This document shows, piece by piece, positions 50,199-54,698 of a stretch of DNA of 54,698 nt. The stretch is from Alphaproteobacteria bacterium (GTDB lineage Bacteria > Pseudomonadota > Alphaproteobacteria > UBA7887). The translations under genes were made by a program, and so were the position numbers. The notes beneath the pieces were generated by a model. The model was not told the origin of the DNA, ran no database searches, and worked only from the letters and a program-made list of their open reading frames with translations. The stretch's first letter is position 1. Each line of letters starts with the position of its first letter. The DNA is taken from contig JAKZSU010000011.1 in the NCBI GenBank assembly GCA_047517485.1, positions 1 to 54,698 on the forward strand, given 5' to 3'.

Positions 50199-51101
50199 TC
50201 ACCCCTTCCGCCAGGTCTCTAGTAGCGCCCGTAATGCCGCGACGAACGCCAGCGGTTGGTCGAGGAGCAGGTGGTGTTGGGCGCGGGGGATTTCGATGAT
50301 CGGGGCGTCTGGGCCCATCAACGAGGCGATGTAGGCGGCGCGGTCGCGCGAGACCAGTTTGCTGGCCTCGCCGAAGATCAGCGCCGCGCGGCAGCGCAAC
50401 GCTTGGAGGTATTCGTGGAACGGTTCGCCGAAGCGGCGGGTGCCCATGGCGTGGGGGTCGAACTTCCAGGTCCAGCCCCCCTCGACCTGGCGCAGAGAAT
50501 GGCGGCCGGTGAATTCGACGAGGAAATCATTGTCGCAAGGCTGCGCGGGCATCAGCCGGAACCGTGCCAGCGCGTCCTCGAAATCGGCATACACCCGCGT
50601 GGTGGTCATCGGCGTCTTGCGGCGGAAGGTGGGGCGCTCTTCGTCGGGTGCGAAGATCGGCGTGTCGACGATGACCGCGCCGGAGATTTCCTCGCCATAG
50701 AGCGCGCCGAATTTGGTTGTCATGAAGCCGCCGAAGCTGTGGCCGACCACGGTGCAGTTGCCGCCGAGCCCGGCGTCGGCGATCACCGCGCGCATTTCCT
50801 TGGCGCGAATGTCGGAGTCGTAGCGCTCGCGGCGGCCGCTGTCGCCCATGCCCGAAAGATCCATCGCCGCGACGCGATAGTCGCGAGCGAGAAAGGGCGC
50901 GATAAAGGTCCACCAATTGGCGTGCGCGCCGCCGCCGTGAACGAGCAATAGACCGCCGCGGTTGGCGGCGTCACCCGGCCACAGCAGATAATGGATGGCG
51001 CAACCCTCGACCTCGACGGTGCGCGCCTCACGCGGCTGGTCGAGTGCCCAGTCGAACCAGTCGGGGGTAGCGGCGCGGACAGTGAGTTCGTCCGCGCTCA
51101 A
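50199..51101 (-). CDS. Alpha/beta fold hydrolase
   Basis: HGG oxyanion motif, GHSFG nucleophile elbow, C-terminal HH.LLDQP; TTG start overlapping the upstream stop (TTGA). Confidence 0.88.
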   Translation of the reverse strand: MSADELTVRAATPDWFDWALDQPREARTVEVEGCAIHYLLWPGDAANRGGLLLVHGGGAHANWWTFIAPFLARDYRVAAMDLSGMGDSGRRERYDSDIRAKEMRAVIADAGLGGNCTVVGHSFGGFMTTKFGALYGEEISGAVIVDTPIFAPDEERPTFRRKTPMTTTRVYADFEDALARFRLMPAQPCDNDFLVEFTGRHSLRQVEGGWTWKFDPHAMGTRRFGEPFHEYLQALRCRAALIFGEASKLVSRDRAAYIASLMGPDAPIIEIPRAQHHLLLDQPLAFVAALRALLETWRKG

Positions 51102-51910
51102 TCGAAGAACGCGATGGTGCGGGCCTCGATGCTCTCGCGCGGGATGGCGTCGGCGGCGCTGGTCGGATCGACAAACGCGCTGTGCATGGTGTAGCGGCAG
51201 CGCCCATCCTCGGCGGAGTCGAAACATTTGAGTAGCACCGACTCGTCGGGACGCATGCCCGACAAATAATGCCATTGGTGATTCGGATTGTGGCGCGCGA
51301 AATAGACTTGGCCGTCGCGATCTTCATATCGCAACGCCAAGGTGACGAAATCGCTTTGCTCGACCGAGGTCGCGGAGCAGATCGCGAGCGGCGATTCCTC
51401 GACCGGCCGGGTCACCGGACGCCACAGATTGATGAAGCAGTAGCGCTTGGCCAGCAGCTCGTCGGCGCGGTCGGGGAGCAATTCGCGGATCCGCCGCGGC
51501 GCCGATTTCTCGGTGTAATCATTGTGCACCCAGACCACCGGCAGCCGGTCGGAGGTGCCCGGGTTGGTGACGCTGTGACTGCGGAAATTATGGTCGAAGA
51601 CGTGCACCTCGGCGGCGCCGACCGCCCGTTTGACGTGCTCGGCGACCGCTGGATAGTAGCGCGCCTTGACGTCGTCGGGGTCGCTGAACGCGGCGACTTC
51701 GACATCGATGTCGATATATTCGAACCCGTCGGCGTCGAAAGTGATGGCGCCCTTGCGACCCCGTACATCGTGAATCCGCACCGCGCGCCGATCCGGGATC
51801 GGCTCGTGTTTCACCGTGCCGTCCGCCGGTTCGTAGAGATAGAACTCGGGCTCGACGTCCATCGGCGCGGTGTATTGCAGCTCGCTCACGACATAGGGGT
51901 CGCTAGACAC
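51098..51910 (-). CDS. CmcJ/NvfI family oxidoreductase (putative Fe/2OG enzyme)
   Basis: FDHNFR, VHNDYT, NLWRP, PLAIC, LKCFDS, HSAF, RESIEAR. Confidence 0.82.
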   Translation of the reverse strand: MSSDPYVVSELQYTAPMDVEPEFYLYEPADGTVKHEPIPDRRAVRIHDVRGRKGAITFDADGFEYIDIDVEVAAFSDPDDVKARYYPAVAEHVKRAVGAAEVHVFDHNFRSHSVTNPGTSDRLPVVWVHNDYTEKSAPRRIRELLPDRADELLAKRYCFINLWRPVTRPVEESPLAICSATSVEQSDFVTLALRYEDRDGQVYFARHNPNHQWHYLSGMRPDESVLLKCFDSAEDGRCRYTMHSAFVDPTSAADAIPRESIEARTIAFFD

Positions 51911-51929
51911 GGTCTTGTCTTCTCGATGG

Positions 51930-52580
51930 TTAGAGCAGTTTCGCGAGCATTTCCGGCGGCAGATGCGGCGCGGGATTGGTCGCCTCCCAACACGGTAAGG
52001 CCTCGACCCGGGTCATCCAGGCGCTCAGATTGGGATAGTTTTCGAGCGGCAGTTTCTGGAAAGTGTGGAGATGCATCGGCGCCGCGATCGCGATGTCGGA
52101 CAGGGTTGCCTGGTCGGCCGACAGCCACTGACGTCCATTGAGACGATCGTCGAGAATTTTCGCCAAGGCATGGAAAGTCGGCGCGCCGGCATCGATCGCC
52201 GCTTGATCGGGAGTCTGGTCGAGCATCGGCTTGACCACGTTCTCGACGAGATAGACGTAGCACGCGCCGAACCACTTGCTCGACTCCCAAAGGTGCCAGC
52301 GGTGGATGTCGGCACGGATCTTGGGGTCCGACGGATAGGCGTCGGTCTGGCCGAGCGTGTCGGCGGCGTAGACCATGATCGCGTTCGATTCCCAGAGCTT
52401 CAAGTCGCCGTCGACCAGCGCCGGCAGTTCGCCATTGGGATTGATCGCCAGGAACTCGTCGTTCTTGTGACCGCCGGCGAAATAGTCGACGTAAATGTTC
52501 TCGAAGTCGGCGCCCATCAGCCCGAAGCCGGCGGCGACCTTGCGGCAGTTGACTGTAATCGGGTCAAAGTAGAGTTTCAT
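51930..52580 (-). CDS. Glutathione S-transferase family protein
   Basis: INPNGELPAL, LWESNAI, TLSDIA. Confidence 0.92.
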   Translation of the reverse strand: MKLYFDPITVNCRKVAAGFGLMGADFENIYVDYFAGGHKNDEFLAINPNGELPALVDGDLKLWESNAIMVYAADTLGQTDAYPSDPKIRADIHRWHLWESSKWFGACYVYLVENVVKPMLDQTPDQAAIDAGAPTFHALAKILDDRLNGRQWLSADQATLSDIAIAAPMHLHTFQKLPLENYPNLSAWMTRVEALPCWEATNPAPHLPPEMLAKLL

Positions 52581-52672
52581 ATCACCCCCCTGTGTCTCTG
52601 TTTGTTTCGTTGTGCTCGGGCGCGATGATCGCCGCGAAACGCCCTTCTGGCAAGAGAGAGATCGTGGCGGCG

Positions 52673-53149
52673 CTAATCTTTACGCGACGGAACCAGCATC
52701 ACCGCCTCGCCATCGATCACCACGCGTCCAGCGACGGTGCAGGTGGTCTCCAGTTTGGCGCGGGTCTTTTCCACCACCAGCTCGGTCACGGTGGCCCGCG
52801 CGACGACCGTATCGCCGGCGCGCACGGGGGCGCGAAACAGGCAGTTCTGGCTGATATAGATCGCGCCCGGACCGGGCAGTTTAGTGCCGAGGACGGTGGA
52901 AATCAGCGACGCCGACAGCATACCGTGGGCGATGATGCCGCGAAACCGCGTTCGCGCGGCGTATTCCTTGTTGAGATGGATCGGGTTGGTATCGCCGGAA
53001 ATGCCGCAAAACAGCACAATATCGCTTTCGGTGATGGTCCGGCTGTAGACCGCGGTCATGCCGACCGCGAGATCCTCGAAATAATGCCCGTCGAGTTCGC
53101 TATCGAGCGCTTCGGCGAGGTCGGCATCGGCGGTTATGTCGCGCGGCAT
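52673..53149 (-). CDS. MaoC family dehydratase ((R)-specific enoyl-CoA hydratase, PhaJ-like)
   Basis: SGDTNPIH, IAHGML, LPGPG, F.APV. Confidence 0.9.
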   Translation of the reverse strand: MPRDITADADLAEALDSELDGHYFEDLAVGMTAVYSRTITESDIVLFCGISGDTNPIHLNKEYAARTRFRGIIAHGMLSASLISTVLGTKLPGPGAIYISQNCLFRAPVRAGDTVVARATVTELVVEKTRAKLETTCTVAGRVVIDGEAVMLVPSRKD

Positions 53150-53247
53150 GAGGCGGGTCTCCGGGTGTGTTGCGGTGCAGAATCAATGCTGCAGCGCAAT
53201 ATATTGTTCGGAGACCGCGTCGGCAAGCCCGCGCCCAATGGCGCGCC

Positions 53248-53703
53248 TTAGTCGTCGATAATCGTCGGCCAGATCTCGTCGGCCTTGGCGATGTAGCCAG
53301 GAATGTCTTTCTCCCAGCGGCCCTGAATTTCCTTGCTCAAATTGAGGTACAGCGTGCCGTCGACGATCTTCCAGGCCTCGGGATCGATGCTCGGCTTGGC
53401 GCCCAGGGACACGCCGTAAGCGCAATAACCGCCGTAGGCCGGGGCATATTGTTCCGGATTGGCGGCAAACAGTTGGCGATTTTCGTCGCTCGCGAATCGC
53501 CAAGTCGAGTCCATCCATTCGAACTCGAAGGCGTCGGACCCTTCGACGGGGCGGCTTTCGGTGTGGTAGGCGACCGCATCGTAGCCTTCGATCGCGTTGC
53601 CGAGCCACGTCTCGTTGATCGGTCCGGCGACGGCGGTCGAGGCGCCGAGGACCGCGACGGCGGCACACAGCATCGCAAACAGACTTGTGACGTGACGGAA
53701 CAT
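53248..53703 (-). CDS. Secreted YHS-domain protein
   Basis: Signal peptide; GYDAVAY, W.FAS..N...F..NP..YAP.YGGYCA, DP.AW.IVDG.LYLN; GAGGAG RBS before ATG 53703. Confidence 0.85.
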   Translation of the reverse strand: MFRHVTSLFAMLCAAVAVLGASTAVAGPINETWLGNAIEGYDAVAYHTESRPVEGSDAFEFEWMDSTWRFASDENRQLFAANPEQYAPAYGGYCAYGVSLGAKPSIDPEAWKIVDGTLYLNLSKEIQGRWEKDIPGYIAKADEIWPTIIDD

Positions 53704-53843
53704 TGCACGTTCTCCTCGATGTCCTACACGCCGCCGATTGACGGGTGCACCCCGCCGCGAAGGGTATGCAGCGGCCACCGCCACGGCAAGCATCGGTCAC
53801 TTCATTGTGTAGATCGGTGTGGGGAGGTGCTCTAGTGGATGGC

Positions 53844-53897
53844 CTATTTTAGATCGTCGAGCAGCACCTTCGTGTCCTTGGTGTTTGCGGCATCGAA
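53844..53897 (-). pseudogene. Possible C-terminal remnant of an AAA/TPR adenylate-cyclase-type gene
   Basis: Reads FDAANTKDTKVLLDDLK*, resembling the recalled 'GFDT.DL..AKALL.EL' C-terminus of such proteins; only 17 codons. Confidence 0.35.
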
Positions 53898-53914
53898 GCG
53901 AACTTTGTTGGCAA

Positions 53915-54496
53915 TTAATAGCAAGGCTTCAGCGCTACGAGATTTTTTGTGACGCCCGTGAGATCGAAACAATAATCGTATGGGGCATCGTTGTAATCAA
54001 AGACTCGAACCACAGCTGTTGTGCCTTGAGCGAAGTCGGTTACGAATTGGTCCTCGATTTTTTTTCGCCAGGCCTGGTGTTCGTTTGAACTGGCTTGATC
54101 GCTAGGCTCGGGCCCATATCTATCCTCATATATATGTCCATATCCAATCCAAAACTGACCTGATCTAAGGTCGGGATTGGCCATGAAATAATGCTCGGTC
54201 TTTGGTTTGGTATCGATCCGATAATCGAGTTGAAAAATCTCTCCCGATGATGTCAAGAAATCGTTGTGCTGGAATCGCACAGTGACCCGGGAACGTCCCG
54301 ACATGCAGACGAAACTAATCCTCGCATTGGTGTCTCTTGACCAAATCTCCATACCTGAATAGTTCGTGTCGTTCTTGGGGTCGCTGCCCGATATTACATA
54401 AACGTCGGCGCTCGCGTGAGATGACACCGTCACCCCTACCAAGGACGCCGCAAGAGACGTCATCCCAAAGCGTCTAAGGATTTTACGTGTGGCCAT
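53915..54496 (-). CDS. Hypothetical secreted protein, lower GC
   Basis: 193-aa ORF with basic N-terminus and SHA-SA signal-like end; visibly more AT-rich than neighbours; no family recognised. Confidence 0.7.
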   Translation of the reverse strand: MATRKILRRFGMTSLAASLVGVTVSSHASADVYVISGSDPKNDTNYSGMEIWSRDTNARISFVCMSGRSRVTVRFQHNDFLTSSGEIFQLDYRIDTKPKTEHYFMANPDLRSGQFWIGYGHIYEDRYGPEPSDQASSNEHQAWRKKIEDQFVTDFAQGTTAVVRVFDYNDAPYDYCFDLTGVTKNLVALKPCY

Positions 54497-54698
54497 GACC
54501 TAACCCAACAAACGTACGGTAACTCAAAGTTGCAGAATCCGATAAAAACAGCGTTGGCACTGACCTGCGCCCCAAGGCCCCCGCATTCATAAGGAGAGTC
54601 CTGTTTCTGCATAGCGCATTGTTGATGGGTTGGCACGCGCGCCGTGCGTGGAGCCCTCAAGTCGCTCAAGCGCGCGGCGCGCATTTGCGGGCGTGTCT

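Noticed and set aside
54497-54640. Integron cassette signal (GTTAGGT just before the orphan ATG, weak upstream complement)
   Set aside because: No convincing attC palindrome or matching inverse core after the gene, and no integrase seen.
1-54698. CRISPR arrays, tRNA or rRNA genes, prophage or defence genes
   Set aside because: No regularly spaced repeats, tRNA cloverleafs or hallmark proteins were found by eye; intergenic space is small and largely accounted for.

Overview
GC-rich alphaproteobacterial DNA (Rhodospirillales-like gene order, inferred) in two parts. (1) Positions ~1-37.3 kb form an accessory block devoted to cleaving C-N amide bonds, starting at an IS3-family left end. It holds a fold-IV (R-selective-like) transaminase; a minus-strand run (substrate-binding protein, SDR, two ATP-dependent hydantoinase/oxoprolinase A/B pairs of which one closely resembles caprolactamase CapAB, then PxpA/LamB, BCCP, biotin carboxylase, PxpB, PxpC) interrupted by an antisense EamA gene; a divergent Liv-type ABC transporter; an aliphatic amidase (amiE) followed by a CbbQ/CbbO-type AAA+/vWA pair with a MITE between them; and amiC-amiR followed by a clear ANTAR two-hairpin attenuator ahead of urtABCDE and a urease cluster (ureE-F-AB-C-G-D). 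The urease alpha subunit keeps all Ni ligands but has a remodelled substrate loop. (2) Positions ~37.4-54.7 kb are mostly core genes (mutL, pgi, two M16 peptidases, DUF3035, lspA, ileS, ribF, MaoC/phaJ) with a small inserted redox/detox block and a low-GC orphan gene at the end. Best candidates for an undescribed system are the ANTAR-controlled divergent 'urease' (possibly acting on a non-urea substrate) and the CbbQ/CbbO pair linked to an amidase with no Rubisco or NO reductase in the window. All family assignments come from motif recognition and memory; no database search was run.
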